A stretch of 63,982 nucleotides of DNA, filler included, from Folioceros fuciformis (GCA_049999805.1; 5 parts of 5 records of this genome joined end to end with filler, not necessarily neighbours in it), one strand, 5' to 3'. Positions 1 to 13,446 are shown, counted from the first letter of the whole stretch. Numbers and translations: made by a program. Notes: generated by a model not told the origin, from the letters alone.

Positions 1-321
1 GGCAACATGGCCGAAGAAGGAAGAACTGGAATTATCCAGCACCTTGAAGGAAAGAATAAGGAAACCCCAAACAGCATAAGCATCACAGCCATGTTCAAGC
101 ACGATTGTAACGCTATGGGGCCATAGCACCTACCACAAGTAGGATGGCAGATGCCACATGAACTCAATTGTGACTAGCAGACACAACAACTCCCCCACCA
201 GTCACATGGGCAATCAACAACATGAATGTGACTAGCAGCCATGAAACCCTGCAATGCAATCACATCCATTTTCACAACTGAAAATGAATTGAAACACTCA
301 CACCTGAGTAGCAGTTTTAGC

Positions 322-2290
322 ACACTTTGAACAATATCAAAGTTGCTCAGGAACCTCAGCCAAAGGTGGGTGCAAGCAGAAAAGGTGGAAGCCCTCATTG
401 CATCCATCACAAAGCAGCATGAGCTTTGCGTCATCCGTGCGGCTGCAGATCTGGCATGGGTAATCCGCTGGCGGGATCCAATCAGTTGTTACAATGGTGG
501 GGTCAAGGTTAGGGAGATGGCACCGGGCACAATTTTTGATGTGATCAGAAATGACCCTGCCATCAGATCCCTGCAGCACCAACACTCCATTGGACTTGAC
601 CTCCCTGATCCTAAGCACATGTCTGCTGCTGGAAGTCTCAAGAGTGTCAGCTAATTGGCGCTGAAGATACACGAAATCCCTAGCCTGGAATTTCTTAAGC
701 TTGGGCTTGAAGCTTGAAGTTGTGTGGGCGTACCTTAGTGTGTCCCGATGCTGCGCAATGTGCAAATTTTCCATAGCCATGAGCATCACTTGACGGAAAA
801 GGGCAGCCCTATCACCTATCATCCTAGCCCAAGTGGTTGGATCATCCAGCGAGACCACATCCTGCATCTGTTTAGCAATGGAGCTAGGTGGAACAGGCTC
901 CATGGCAAAAAGAAGGAAATAGGGTAAGAAATGAGCTAGGGCAGCGTGCCTGCTCATTCGGTACCCCATCAATATATAAGGCATAATGATGTCCCAATCC
1001 CCCTTCGGCTGCTGCAGACAGAGTTTGCGGAGGCCCTTTTTGATGGTTTGAACCATCCTCTTAGCCAACCCGTCGGCCTGAGGGTGGTCCCTGCTGGTCC
1101 TCCTGTGGTCAATTAGTGCCACATCCAACGAGGTCCTGGAATTCCCCTCGGAATTCTGAACCTTGGTCGATGAGACACTCCGCGCAGCTGCCAAAGAGAC
1201 TCAGCACGTTCTACAAGAAAGCTTGTGGCGTGCTCCTAGATGACTTGTCAGGCAACGCCACAGCCTCCACCCACTTGCTAAAGTGCTCTATCATCACCAA
1301 GATGTACACATTACCCCTTGGTGTCTTGGGCAGCTCTCCTATGAGGTCGCAAGACCACCTGAAGAAGAGCCCCATGATGGGGAGTGGTTGCAAATTTGAG
1401 TGCTGCATAGTGAAGGATGTCTTGACGCGGTCACATGGCTCACAGCAAGCGACACATTCCCAGACTTGTGCATGCATGCCAAACCAATGGCAGTGAGGGG
1501 CCAGCAAGCTGTAGGTCCTCTTGACTCCAAAATGCCCCATGTTGTCATGTACTCTTCGAATGAGATTAGCATGATCTCCGGGAGGTGGAACCAGCCGTTC
1601 CACACCATGGGCCCGCCTTCGGATGAGGTACCCATCTCTCCAGTAGTAGGCAGCAGCACGTTGCTGTACCCGCTCACATTCTACTACTGTCCAATCTTCA
1701 CCTAGTTGGCCAGTTTGCACAAGCTGAATTGTATGCACGTCCTCCCATATGTCCCTGGGGACATGTTGAGCTGCTGCAACCTGAAGCTGTCCAAGGCATG
1801 TCATGGCCACCAAGGGAGCTACATCAAAATCTGCCTGTCCTTGTGGCTGATCATCCTCATCCTGCCTAGCCTCTGTGGCATCCCTACAGCTGCTGTCCAG
1901 ATTCTTGGAGAGGGTGTCTGCATTCTGATGTGACACCCCCGGCCTGTGCTCCACAAGGAAGTTGTAATCCTTCAAAATCATGGCCCAGCGAGCAAGTTTC
2001 CCGTTGAGCTTTGTGTTTGTCATCAGCCACTTCAAGGGCTGATGGTCAGTGACAAGGGTAAACTGCTGCCCATAGAGGTAAGGTCTGAAGTGGCAGACTG
2101 CCCAAGCAGCGGTGAGGCATTCGCCCTCATAGCTACTGTAATTGGCCTCAACACGGTTGTTGCTGCGTGAGGCAAAGTCAATCACACGTTCCTTCCCCTG
2201 CTCATCCTCTTGCACAAGTACAACACCCAGCCCTAGACTACTCCAGTCTGTATGAAGCCCAAACGGCTTGTCAAAATTGGGACGAGCCAT
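322..2290 (-). mobile_element. Degenerate Ty3/gypsy pol fragment: RNase H, integrase, C-terminal PHD finger
   Basis: RNase H motifs LHTDWSSLGLG, YEGECL and LVTDHQPL. Integrase Zn finger H..GHFG..CEPC, core HPQADGLAKRMVQTIK. PHD CQIC..LLCDGC..FHLFCLHPPL..VP is completed by *YCSKC past the TGA at 337-339. A frameshift separates ORFs 1211..2290 and 337..1194. Confidence 0.92.
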
Positions 2291-4089
2291 AATGGGTGAT
2301 AACTACCTCCCTCCTCGTCAGAGGGCATTGCCCATGTAGATAGTACGCCAGAGATCAGCCACCAGCAAGGTAAGCAAGTGCTGCAAGGCAGCCTCCGAGA
2401 AAGAAAAAACCCCAGCCACAAAATCAATGTGAAACGCAAAATTCCTGAACACACCAACGCTGCAACTCTAATCCTTCTCCTCAGTAAGCAAAAGGGACCT
2501 GGAATATCACTATCCTAGCACCTATGTTGCAACAAGGGAAGTGATGGCTGCAAATAGCCAATTTCCCCAACTGAACCCTAAGTGCCCAACCTCTCTAAGG
2601 CATTTAGTCCTTGGGTTGCACTCAGAAGTAGACAAAAATGGTACCAACAAATTTGTCTCAACAAGGCAAACACTCTGCTATAAAAATTGGCGGCAACCGA
2701 CCAGTGGGGCGATCGCTATGAATGCTGGCAGACTTGGGCAGCTTGCTGCAGATGAAATGCAGCTGCTTCTGCGGCACAATCAGGGCGTGTGGGGGATGCT
2801 GCCTTGCTAGAGTTGCACGGTTGCCTCCACCAGCTCACTCGCCCTTGGATACATGACCTCCAGACACTAAGCAAACTCGGTAGAGACCTCACTCACATGT
2901 GAGGACTCAAAAATTCTGGCTGAGGGACTCACTCGCACGTGAGCTCTAGCAATTGAAAGCAATTGTCGAAGTAGACATGCCAGCAGCGCTCACGTGTGTT
3001 GTGGCGCACTTCGGTGCAAATACGAATCAAAAGGGCTGCCCTCCACGGGCTGCCTGGAGTTGGTAAATCCGTGACCTGCCGCAGCACCCACACACATTGC
3101 AATTGTTCTGAGCCACATGCACACCAGAACCTTGCATTTCAATAAAAAATTTAGCAACATTTTCTTTCCACAGACTTCGACAACTGGTTGTTGCAGCTGC
3201 CATCGCTAGTCTTGAGGTCTTGGCCGCCATCATGAGCTAGCATCTCCCTCTCGGTGTGATGAGGCCACCACCTCGCATGATCCTTTGGCCGTTGCAGCAG
3301 CAGGCTGCATGATGTAGCCCACGAGCCACCTGTCAAGTTTGCAGCCCTGGTTCTAGAAATGACCTAAATGGCCTAATAACCTATCCTGATAATGTCAGCT
3401 AAATAGCTTCATATGGGGTAAGCTAATTAATAGCTATTTCTTAATGGCCAAAATCACATATATAGCCAGCCTACCTCTAGGCTACTATATATATTCTTGT
3501 AAAACAAGTCTGGTGCCACGACAGTGCGCCAGTAGACCGGCACACCTGGATTGCTTGTTTTTGTATTTTTGAATTAAGGAGTTGAAGGACTGGGTACTAT
3601 AGAAAAATAAAAACATGTGACAAATAATCAGTGTAAACATGTCCACACACATAACGTTTTTAAAAAGTGGTAAAAAACATATACAAAGCTAGGATTGTAC
3701 CAACAATAGAATGTGCCAAAGAAGCTTTGTGGAATCCGACCGTTTTGACCAGACCTTGTTAAACCTTCTAACGAACTAGATCCAACAAGCACCTCAAGGG
3801 AAACAAACACTTCAACATCGATGATGAAGTGTACCCTAGCTTCAAGTAAGCATACAAGAAAGCAAAAATGGAGTGGTACTCATTTGCAAATGGGAAAGGC
3901 ATATGCTTTTAACAAAAGTCATAGCATCCTTCGTATTTATTTTCGTGTGCACCTCTTTGGTAGAGCAAAATATTCTGGTTGACTAAATTTAGAGCAACAA
4001 GGATACGGCCACTAGATAAAACTTCTCGAAACAATCATTTTTCATCAGCAAGCTTCTTGCAAGACTTCTTAGAGCTACCACTTTCTAGA

Positions 4090-4413
4090 GCTATCATAGC
4101 TAACTTATTAAGTTGCCCACTCTAATGACGATTTCTAATAAGATAAAGAGATTTCCTTTTGAAGAATTGTACACATAAGACCTTGCAACCTATTCCCATA
4201 GAGTTGACTATAACATGATAGTAGATGACACAATATTACAAAACTAAGGATGCTATTATAGCTAACTTATTAAGTTGCCCACTCTAATGACGATTTCTAA
4301 TAAGATGAAGAGATTTGCGTTTGAAGAATTGTACACATAAGACCTTGCAACCTATTCCCATAGAGTTGACTATAACATGATAGTAGATGACACAATATTA
4401 CAAAACTAAGGAT
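4090..4413. repeat. Tandem direct duplication, ~162 bp unit x2
   Basis: gctatcatagctaacttattaag...aaaactaaggat at ~4090-4251 recurs at ~4252-4413 with a few substitutions. Confidence 0.9.
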
Positions 4414-6396
4414 TGTTACAGGGGATAGAAAATGATAGGGTTTATGGGCATATCAACAACTTTGGCATAGGTCAGGATGAACTCTTGGCCTTTCCTTGGC
4501 TAGTTGTGCCAAAAGAATTGTGTAGCAAGACTATGGTAAGCACTAATCTTAGCCACTTGTAGACTAGAAGATTAGCACTCTGCCTTCAGTGGTGAGATTA
4601 GTATGGGAGAGGTCACCAAGTTTAATCTCATTGTAGTTATCAAAAGCATAAATGGGAAAAGATCTTCACACTAGCTACTTTAGCAAATTATATATACCAC
4701 TGTATTAGAGCTCTACTATAGAATTGAAGCTGATGATGTTGCCCCCACTAGTTTTATTTCTTTTTCGCTTAAGGACCTTGTCAAGATAGCTCTTGCAAGT
4801 TTTTGATGGAAATATTTTGCATGCANNNNNNNNNNNNNNNNNNNNNNNNNNNNNNNNNNNNNNNNNNNNNNNNNNNNNNNNNNNNNNNNNNNNNNNNNNN
4901 NNNNNNNNNNNNNNNNNNNNNNNNNGTTTGGAAGATGGAAATCTTGAGATGCAAAGGCTCTTAAAGGGCTGGTCCTAATTCTAGGGAGCTCAAAAATGTG
5001 CTGTGTGTCTTACTTTGCTTGATAGTACTGTCATGATTGTTGCACAATGCATGTTTGAGCTCTTTCAATCGTCCATATAGAAGGTAAAAGTTTAAGCCAA
5101 AGTCAAGAGGGAGGCCCTCCAGATGTGCAGCCATGCTTGTTGACTAGGAATGCATGGTTGCAACTGGAAGCCAATAAAAGTTGGTGTAGATGAGGCGAAA
5201 CCAATTGAGAAACAAATCCACTAAACTGATGCGACTAAGGAAGTACTTTGGAAGTGAGAAATAGTTAAAAAAAAGCATACAACATAAGCTTATTTGAGGG
5301 TAAAACAAATAGAGAGGGAAGAAAGTACAGCAATCCCTGAGAGACAATGTAAGGAGGAGGAGAAGGCCATACAAAAGGCTCAAGCTGAAGTAGCTGGAAT
5401 TGTTGTAAAGCATGCAAAGTTTGCTACAAGGTTGCTAAGGTTTGGTGTGTCTATCACATCATACGTCTATCACGCACAATAATGCATGTGATAGACGTTA
5501 TAAATAAGACTTCTGTCGGTGTCATATTTCTCGAATGTGGTTTGTATTTGCACATACGTCTCTATGCCGAGCTTGGGGTTCTTGAAAAGATACCGGACGC
5601 ACTTCACAGGCGCGGTACACCTTTCCCATTTTCGTACAGACGTCGCGGAATATTTTTTATATGAGCCGTGGGCAGGAAGAGAAGGATGAGCCGTCGGTTT
5701 CAGACTGACACAGCGATCGGGCGCTCTATAGCTTCCTGTTTGTTCTGCTTGTTGTGTACAGTTCTGCGTTTGCCGTCCCGAAGCTGACACCTCCCAGTGG
5801 CATGCAGGCTGTCACCAGACCCTCAGCACCAGCCCGAGTGGTCGACAACGGCAGGTGGGAAAGCGGTTGCTGATCGCATTTATTGAATACGGGTGGAATA
5901 TGATTTAATGAGGTTTCGTCATGCCCCTCCTTACATCGAGGTCCCGTCTGGGGAAGTGGGGAAGATGAAGGCTCCTTTCCCGCGCGACCAGCTTCTCGCT
6001 GCTGCCTGTATGCGACGTCCTTGTGATGTCCGTGGGACACTTGCTTCTTTGGAGACCCTTCTCTTCCAGGACAAAGTCCGGTATGAGCAATTTGTGGTTT
6101 CTCCAAGCGTGCGGCTGGCGCAATTCGGGCGGCTGCTGTGACAGTGGTTAGCCTGGACTGATTAATTTGTGATTGGGTCTGTTCCGCCATGGCGAGAGAG
6201 CTGTGGCATTGGAGGCTGCCCTTGCGGGCACAATCTGGTTGTGAGGCTGTACCAAGCTCAACTAGAAGACTGTGCTGGGTAGTGGACTGGAGCACCTTGT
6301 CGCGGAGGATTGTGTTTTAGCGAGGCCTGAGAAGACACAGCGAGGCTTCTTACGGAAAGACTGACTGGGGAATTCATTCGTCAAGGGCTGAGGAAC

Positions 6397-8683
6397 ATGG
6401 CAGTGAGGGATGAACACTCGGCTTTGGACGTTCGTAGGAGCATATGCAATCTGTTTCCGGGCGCAATGCGCTTGCTCCTTGTGGGGCTTATTGCGTGCGT
6501 GTTTTGGGGCATGTATTGGTGGCAGTCCATGATTGTTTGGTGCAAAGTGTTGGAGGAAAATTCCAGCATCAGCGCCAACTTAACCTCAGGTTCCTTGTAT
6601 TCCTCCAATGTGAGCTATCTGAATAGCCTCTACTGCGGCTTCTCTCAGCACAGTAGTATCATCACGAAATTCATCCCGAAATCGGATTCCTTGGCTGCTT
6701 CCTCCAATTCGGCTTGCACCACCAGCGGCAATGCGGGAGGAGAATTCGGAGATCATGGTAAGGAAACTCGTAGCCGACCGCAATGGGCTCGGCCTGTGAT
6801 GAATTTTCCTTTGCCGGAGCGATGGTGATGGGAATGGATGGATGGGTGTAGGGTTGTGGGGGGTGAATACCAGCGATGGCTCGCCCAACGTTGCCAGCTG
6901 GAAGAGTCAGTGGGAGCGCAGAAATTTGTCCTGGGTTTCTGTGGAGAAGCAGATGGTGGTTCTTCCGGACGAAGTCACCAGTTCCACCCTTGCGCTTTTG
7001 GACACACGCTATGTTGTGTACGAGGGCGCGGCTTGCGGGCGACCTAGACCTGGGCCTGTCTTGCTTCAAGTCCAGAGTAAGTTAACGCTCCACACAACAG
7101 TCCGGATCAGACACGGTTCCGAGTCTACGTGTGCTGTGCTTACTTTTTGTCTTTGGCGTCCACCTCTGACTGTGCAGAACAGGGACTTCTGTATGGTACT
7201 GTGCCGTGTCCGGTTTTTTGGGAGTGCCGAGATCAAGAGAAGGCTCCAAGGATAATAGCGGTCTGCTGGGATTCGAAATTCTATGATCCTCCCTATCCTG
7301 CTTCCTTGCCAACGGAGATGGGTCCTGGCTTCACCACACCCAAGATTGGACAAAAGAAGGTCGAGCTGAATTACGAGTTTCGTGGAGGTGTGGTCTTCAT
7401 GTCCAGTGTAAGCACGGCATGCCTTCGAGCAGAGCAGGTCTGGACTGCGTCTTTATCTTCTTTGCTCTCCACAGGGCCTTAAACTCCTGTAATTTGCGTT
7501 TCATCTGCAGGTGTATACGAACTGGCAGTCACAAGTGTTTGATGACCAGTTTCTATTCATCAAAGGAGGTTGCGGCGAAACTTCCAGCGACCTTTACCGC
7601 AAGGACGTGTCCGTTATCATGAGGCACAGAATTCTCATCAACATGGGCCATTCCCTGGCATACAATCAGTATCATGGTCTGATTGAGCTGTTCTCTCGCT
7701 GGGTTCTGATGCTGCCTATAATGCGAGCTCTTCCGAATGTGCCCATCCTCATCACCAGTAGAGACGCCTCGTACATCGCGGAGATGCTCCAGTTTGTCGG
7801 CATCACAACAGGTGTCCGCCTAGCTTTCACGCTTGATTAGTGGCCCTCAGATCTTACAGCCATGGCCTAATGCAAACCTCTGCATCTGTGTGACGTGTGT
7901 GCAGGTTTGGACTCTTTTAATGTTACATACATCAACAGGAATGACCCAAGACACCCAAACGAGAAGCCGGAATTGGTGTACGCAGATATACTGATTCAGC
8001 CACAAAATCCTCAGTGCTCTACTACAAGCGGAGCTGTCTGGGACTACATCAGGCGACAGTACTTCAACATACCGTACAGCCCAAAGACGCCCCTGGAGAG
8101 GGAAGACGATTCCTGGTACCTCGTGCTGTCAGAACGAACTAGGTCCCGCGGCATCAAGCAACACGAGGAGCTCCTATCCGGGCTGATTTCTCTGCTGGGC
8201 TCGGAGAAAGTGAAGGTGCGGTCTTGCAACCTGGGAAAACGCAAACGCCCAGACAGCTAAGCTAGGAGTAAAAGCCTGCGAATTCAGAGCTGTGCTTGAA
8301 ACCGTGATACAATTCCTGACTCGCTTTGTGGGCATCTGTGACAGGTTTTTTCAGACACAGTGAAGTGGACGAAAGAGGAGCAAAGGCAGCTCTTCAGCAA
8401 GGCAGCGATCTACGTTGCTGGCCATGGGGCTGGGCTGTCCAACATGGTTTTCATGCCCTACCACTCCTCCATTATCGAGGTTCGGCCTCTAGGCTGGTCC
8501 AACAGGTGCTATCACTACGTGGCCGACATGCTCCGCTTCTCTTTCTACCGTTTCGACAGTCCAGGGGTGAAGGCAAGCAATTTGACGATTAACGTCCAGG
8601 ATTTGCTGGCTCTTGTGTCCGATATCATCCGGGCCAAGGGCCGGTATGTTCCATTCTACCAACCTCTCACGATCCCAGCTTGA
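6397..8683 (+). CDS. Glycosyltransferase family 61 (DUF563) type II membrane protein, copy 1, 6 exons
   Basis: Exons 6397-6757, 6852-7076, 7178-7407, 7511-7811, 7905-8215 and 8345-8683 join in frame at GT..AG introns. N-terminal TM segment LLLVGLIACVFWGMYWW. GT61 C-terminal motif GHGAGLSNMVFM..IIEVRP..CYHYVA. Confidence 0.88.
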
Positions 8684-9545
8684 GAGCATGATCTGTACTT
8701 TCAAACTAGTTTTTGTCTGTGGAAAGTTCGGCATTCGACAAGCGTGGGTTTTCGAGCTACAAATTTGACATCCTTCGAGCTGTTCTTCGTATCCCTCGAA
8801 TGACAGAAAGCTTCACCAGTTCATCGGAGGCAGCCCTCGTGAGCCTAATTGGTTACCAAGCTACTTGCACCTACAGACAAGACACCCAGACCTCCTACGG
8901 TCATGGGAAGTTTTGTAAAGTCCGTTCCCAGCCGTGCAAGCAACAGGCCCGGGCCGCTGTGTCTATCGCCTCATCCCGGCCCTCAGCAACAGGACCAGCC
9001 ACCAGCAGATCCAGGGAACCCCAGAAAGGAAATACGTGAGACCAGAGCATCTAACCTTACGAATGCGGTGGCCAAAGGGTCCCAACGCGGCTTCCACAAC
9101 TTTGCGATTCGGTGCTATTGAAGTATATTATTTTAAACGATAACTGGCAATGTCGATGTACGGTGCAGTAAGTAATGGTAAAAGCAGAAGCCGATAGATC
9201 TTCCTTTCACGGCGGCATCTGGTAGATATTCTGAAGGCCCGTCTTTAATTCACGACAGTTGCTACCCCTTCTTGTAGTTCTGTTTGCCAAGTGCTTCTAT
9301 GCCAGACGACAGTTACTACCACGTCGTTACACGATCGTATCGCAGTGGGCGTTGCTAAATGAGGAGAAGGCACCTTGAGCTTGTGAGGCTGTAGCAAGGA
9401 AATTAGGAAAGCCGTCCAGATGGGTAGTGGATTTGGAGCAAGATGCCATTGTGTTGCAGCATCGTCTCTGCGTGGGCCGGTCGACATTGGCTTCACGCCT
9501 CTGAAGGAAACACTGTCCGTGGGATGATTTCGGTAATTGAAGGAC

Positions 9546-11796
9546 ATGGGTGTCAAGGGGGAACGCTCTGCTTCAGACGCGCGGAGGAGATTATGCAAAT
9601 GGATTCCCTGGGCAGCAAGCCTGCTTGTTATGGGACCCGTCATGCTTTGCGTGTTTGAGGTCATGCACTGGTGGCAGTCCATGAGCGTGTGGTGTAGATT
9701 GCCGAAGGACGCCCAAGGCATGAACTGGAAATCGACGTCGGGCTCCCCGTATTCCATACGAACAGAGTTTTTCGTTGCTGTTCCCTGTGGTCTCGTTCAT
9801 CAGGACGGTTTGTTCATCACGAATTTTATGTCGAAATCAGATGTCTTCGGTGTTTCATCCAATTCGACCTATGCCAGCAGCAGCAATCCAAGACGAGAAC
9901 TGTCACAGGATGACGGTAAGGTGGTGCCAACCGACCGTAATGCATATGGCTTGAATCGTCCTTGTCGAGCATTTTCCTTTGCCGGACTGATGGTGATGGG
10001 AGTGGTAGGCTGCAGGGTTGTGGGCGGTGACTACCAGCGATGACTCGCCCAACATTGTCAGCTGGAAGAGTCAGTGGGAACGCAGAAATTTGTCCTGGGC
10101 TTCTGTGGAGAAGGAGATGGTGGTTCTTCCTGACGTTGTCACCAAGACCACCCAGGAGCTTCTGGACACACGCAATGTTGTGTATGAGGGCGCGGGTTGC
10201 GGGAAATCTAGATCGGGGCCTGTCATGCTTCAAGTTCAGAGTATGTTAACGCCCCACAAGCAAGACCGCTTCGGACAAGATTTCAAGCCTACGTGTGCTG
10301 TGCTCAGTTGAATTGTCGTTGCTGTCCGCCTCTGGCTGTACAGTGGAGGGAGTTTTGTATGGAGCTGTGCCGTGTCCGGTTTTCTGGGAATGCGCAAACC
10401 GAGAGAAGGCTCCAAGGATAGCGGCGGTCTGCTGGGATTCCAAATTCTACGATCCTCCTTATCCTGCTTCCTTGCCGACGGAGTTGGGTCCTGGCTTCAC
10501 CACACCCAAGGTCGGACAGAAGAAGGTTGAGCTGAATTACGAGTTTCGTGGAGGTGTGGTCTTCATGTCAAGTGTAAGCACAGCATGCCTTTGAGCAGAG
10601 CAGGTCTGGACTGCTTCTTTCTCTTCTTTGCTCTCCTCACGCTCGTAGACTGCGTGAAAGTGTTGCATCTGCAGGTGTATACGAACTTTCAGTCGCAAGT
10701 GTTTGATGACAAGTTCCTGTTCCTCAAAGGAGGTTGCGCCGAACACTCCCACGATCTTTACTTCAGGAACGTGTCCGTCATAACGAGGCACAGAATGCTC
10801 ATCAACATGGGCCATTCCCTGGCATATAACCAGTATCATGGTCTGATTGAGCTGTTCGCTCGCTGGATTGTGATGCTGCCCGTAATGCGAGCTCTTCCAA
10901 ACGTGCCAATTCTAATCACCACTAGAGACGCCCCATTCATTGGGGAGATGCTCAACCTTATTGGCATCACAAAAGGTGTCCGTTTGGCTTTCAATTTTGA
11001 TTACTGGTTCTGATATCACACAGCTACGGCCTAATGCAGCTGTTGTGCTATGAGCAGGTTTAGACTCTTTTAATGTTACATACATCAACAGGCATGACCC
11101 AAGACACCCAGACAGAACCAAGCCGGAATTGGTGTACGCAGATATCCTTATTCAACCTCAAAGCCCTCAGTGCTCTACCACCAGCGGGGCTGTCTGGGAT
11201 CACATCAGGCAACACTACTTCAGGATACCTTACAGCACAGCGACGCCCATCGAGAAGGACGACCATTCCTGGTACCTCGTAATTTCAGAACGAAGCAGGT
11301 CCCGTGGCATCCAGCAACACACGGAGCTTGTAGCAGGGCTCGTCTCATTGTTGGGCTCGGGGAAAGTGAAGGTTTGCTCTTGTAACAGAACTGTCAGTGC
11401 TTGAAACCCATAAGCACCATCATGTATATCCTGAGTCTTGCTTGTGAGCACTGGCAGATTTTTTCAGACAAAGTGACATGGACGAAAGAGGAGCAACGAC
11501 AGCTCTTCAGTAAGGCAGTGATCTACATCGGTGGCCATGGAGCTGGGCTGTCCAACATGGTGTTCATGCCCCACCACTCCTCCATCATTGAGATTCGGCC
11601 TCTAGGCTGGTCCAACAGATGCTTTCACTACCTTGCGGACATGCTTCGCTTCTCTTACTATCGTGTGGACAGTCCAGGAGTAAAGGCTAGCAACTTGACG
11701 ATCGACGTGCAGGAGATGCTGGCTCTTGTTTCAAATATCATCCAGGCCAAAGGCCGGTATGTACCATTCTACCAGCCTCTCAACATCCCAGTTTGA
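9546..11796 (+). CDS. Glycosyltransferase family 61 (DUF563), tandem copy 2, 6 exons
   Basis: Exons 9546-9915, 10016-10240, 10344-10573, 10675-10975, 11058-11371 and 11458-11796, with the same intron positions and phases as copy 1. Motif GHGAGLSNMVFM..IIEIRP. Confidence 0.88.
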
Positions 11797-12531
11797 GAGC
11801 AAATTTTGAGTTCCAACCGAGTTTGTTGGTCGATGGAAAGTTCGGCCTTGAAAGTACGCCAAAAGAATTGTTTGCTCTGACCTCCTGCCATGGTTCAGTC
11901 GTAAAGCGTCTCCTAGCTGAAGGGCCTCGGGCCCTCGGGTGCATTGTCACATAATCGTGTCCACTAAGTTACACCACATATGTTGCCTCTCCACTGACAA
12001 AACATCAAAAACGTTGTGGACAAGGGTAGGGAAATATCTAGCCGCCTGAGAAGGCAGGCTTCAACACCATCAGATATGTCAACTCCCCGTGAATGTTGAC
12101 CTCAAGCGAAATGGTACGAGGGCTCACGACGCTCTGACGCTAATGTTAAGAACATCATCGAGATTCTGATCGGCCCTGCGCTAGTGAATACAGTTACCTG
12201 AGCTAACACCGTGCTATCATCTGACATGACGGTTGATCTGGAGGCACTCCTTGTTGAGAGAAGTGGACGTGACCTGTCAAGTCCTGGGAAAGGATGGTGC
12301 CGGCTGACGGTGCCATCAAAGTAGTTCCTGCCGCGCGGAGGTTCCCAGGGCCTAAGCTTAGTGATGTGAGCTGCAGTGCGAGGCCACCGATTGCACGGCT
12401 GCCGGCACAGATGAGCCTCAGATTGTACAAAAGCCCACGGGGTATGGCAGGGACACAGGTCAGGTCGACAGGGATTCGTATGCACTTTGACGACGACTCT
12501 GCCAAGTAGTTGACGAAGGGAAGCCATTACG

Positions 12532-13446
12532 ATGTGCTTTCGATTCAGAATTTTGCTTGGCAAGGCTTCAGACGGCGTGGACGATGCGAAGGTGACTGCC
12601 AAACCAGCCAAGGAAGAAAACAAGGCGAAGAAGGAGGACAAGTCCAAGAAGGAGAAGTGTAAGAAGGAGGAGAGGAAGCCCAAAGAGGAGAAGTCCAAGC
12701 GAGACGGCGAAGCAGAGAAGGACAACAAAGCAAGGAGGGAGAACAAAGATGTGAAGAAGGAGGACAAGACGGCCAAGAAGAAGGACGAGTCCAATGAGCT
12801 GACAAAGAAGGACAGGGCGACATTTGAGAAGGAGAAGAAGAAGCTAGAGAAGGAGAAGGAGAAGCTGGAGAAGGAGAAGGAGAAGCTAGAGAAAGAGAAG
12901 GAGAAGCAGGACAACAAAGCAAGGAAGGAGAACAAAGATGTGAAGAAGGAGGACACGACGGCAAAGAAGAAGGACGAGTCCAATGAGCTGACAAAGAAGG
13001 ACAGGGAGACATTTGAGAAGGAGAAGAAGAAGCTAAAGAAGGAGAAGGAGAAGCTGGAGAAGGAGAGGGAGAAGCTAGAGAAAGAGAAGGAGAAGGTAGA
13101 GCAGGAGAAGGAGAAGCTAGAGAAGGACAAGGCAGAAAAGAAGAAGGGTGAGTCCAAAGAGTTGACGAAGAAGGAGAAGGAAACACTAGAGAAGGAGAAA
13201 CAACAGAAGAAAGACAAGGCAGCAAAGAAGGACGAGCCCAAAGAATTGAGACAGAAGGAGAGGGAGACACTAGAGAAGGAGAAGAAGAAGCTCGACAAGG
13301 AGAAGGAGAAACAAGAGAAGAAATACAAGGCACAAACGAAGGAGGACAGGGAAGAGAAGCAGATGGATACCCCCAAAGAAGTGACAAAGAAGGAGAAACT
13401 GGAGAAAGGCAAGAAGTTGCGTCTCTTTGTCAGAAGGGCACCATAG
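12532..13446 (+). CDS. Lys/Glu-rich repetitive protein (possibly a terminal exon); function unknown
   Basis: 304-aa ORF dominated by K/E. It has an in-frame 189-bp duplication (12721-12909 vs 12910-~13098) and KLEKEKE heptads. The true start is uncertain. Confidence 0.6.
   Translation: MCFRFRILLGKASDGVDDAKVTAKPAKEENKAKKEDKSKKEKCKKEERKPKEEKSKRDGEAEKDNKARRENKDVKKEDKTAKKKDESNELTKKDRATFEKEKKKLEKEKEKLEKEKEKLEKEKEKQDNKARKENKDVKKEDTTAKKKDESNELTKKDRETFEKEKKKLKKEKEKLEKEREKLEKEKEKVEQEKEKLEKDKAEKKKGESKELTKKEKETLEKEKQQKKDKAAKKDEPKELRQKERETLEKEKKKLDKEKEKQEKKYKAQTKEDREEKQMDTPKEVTKKEKLEKGKKLRLFVRRAP

Noticed and set aside
2460-3350. Possible gag or upstream part of the gypsy element
   Set aside because: No recognisable gag, protease or RT motif, only short ORFs.
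3640-5460. Possible degenerate DNA-transposon coding remnant
   Set aside because: It looks like decayed coding DNA, but I could not identify any diagnostic motif.
5726-6295. 189-aa minus-strand ORF upstream of GT61 copy 1
   Set aside because: No domain similarity or splice support; it overlaps the duplicated GT61 upstream region.
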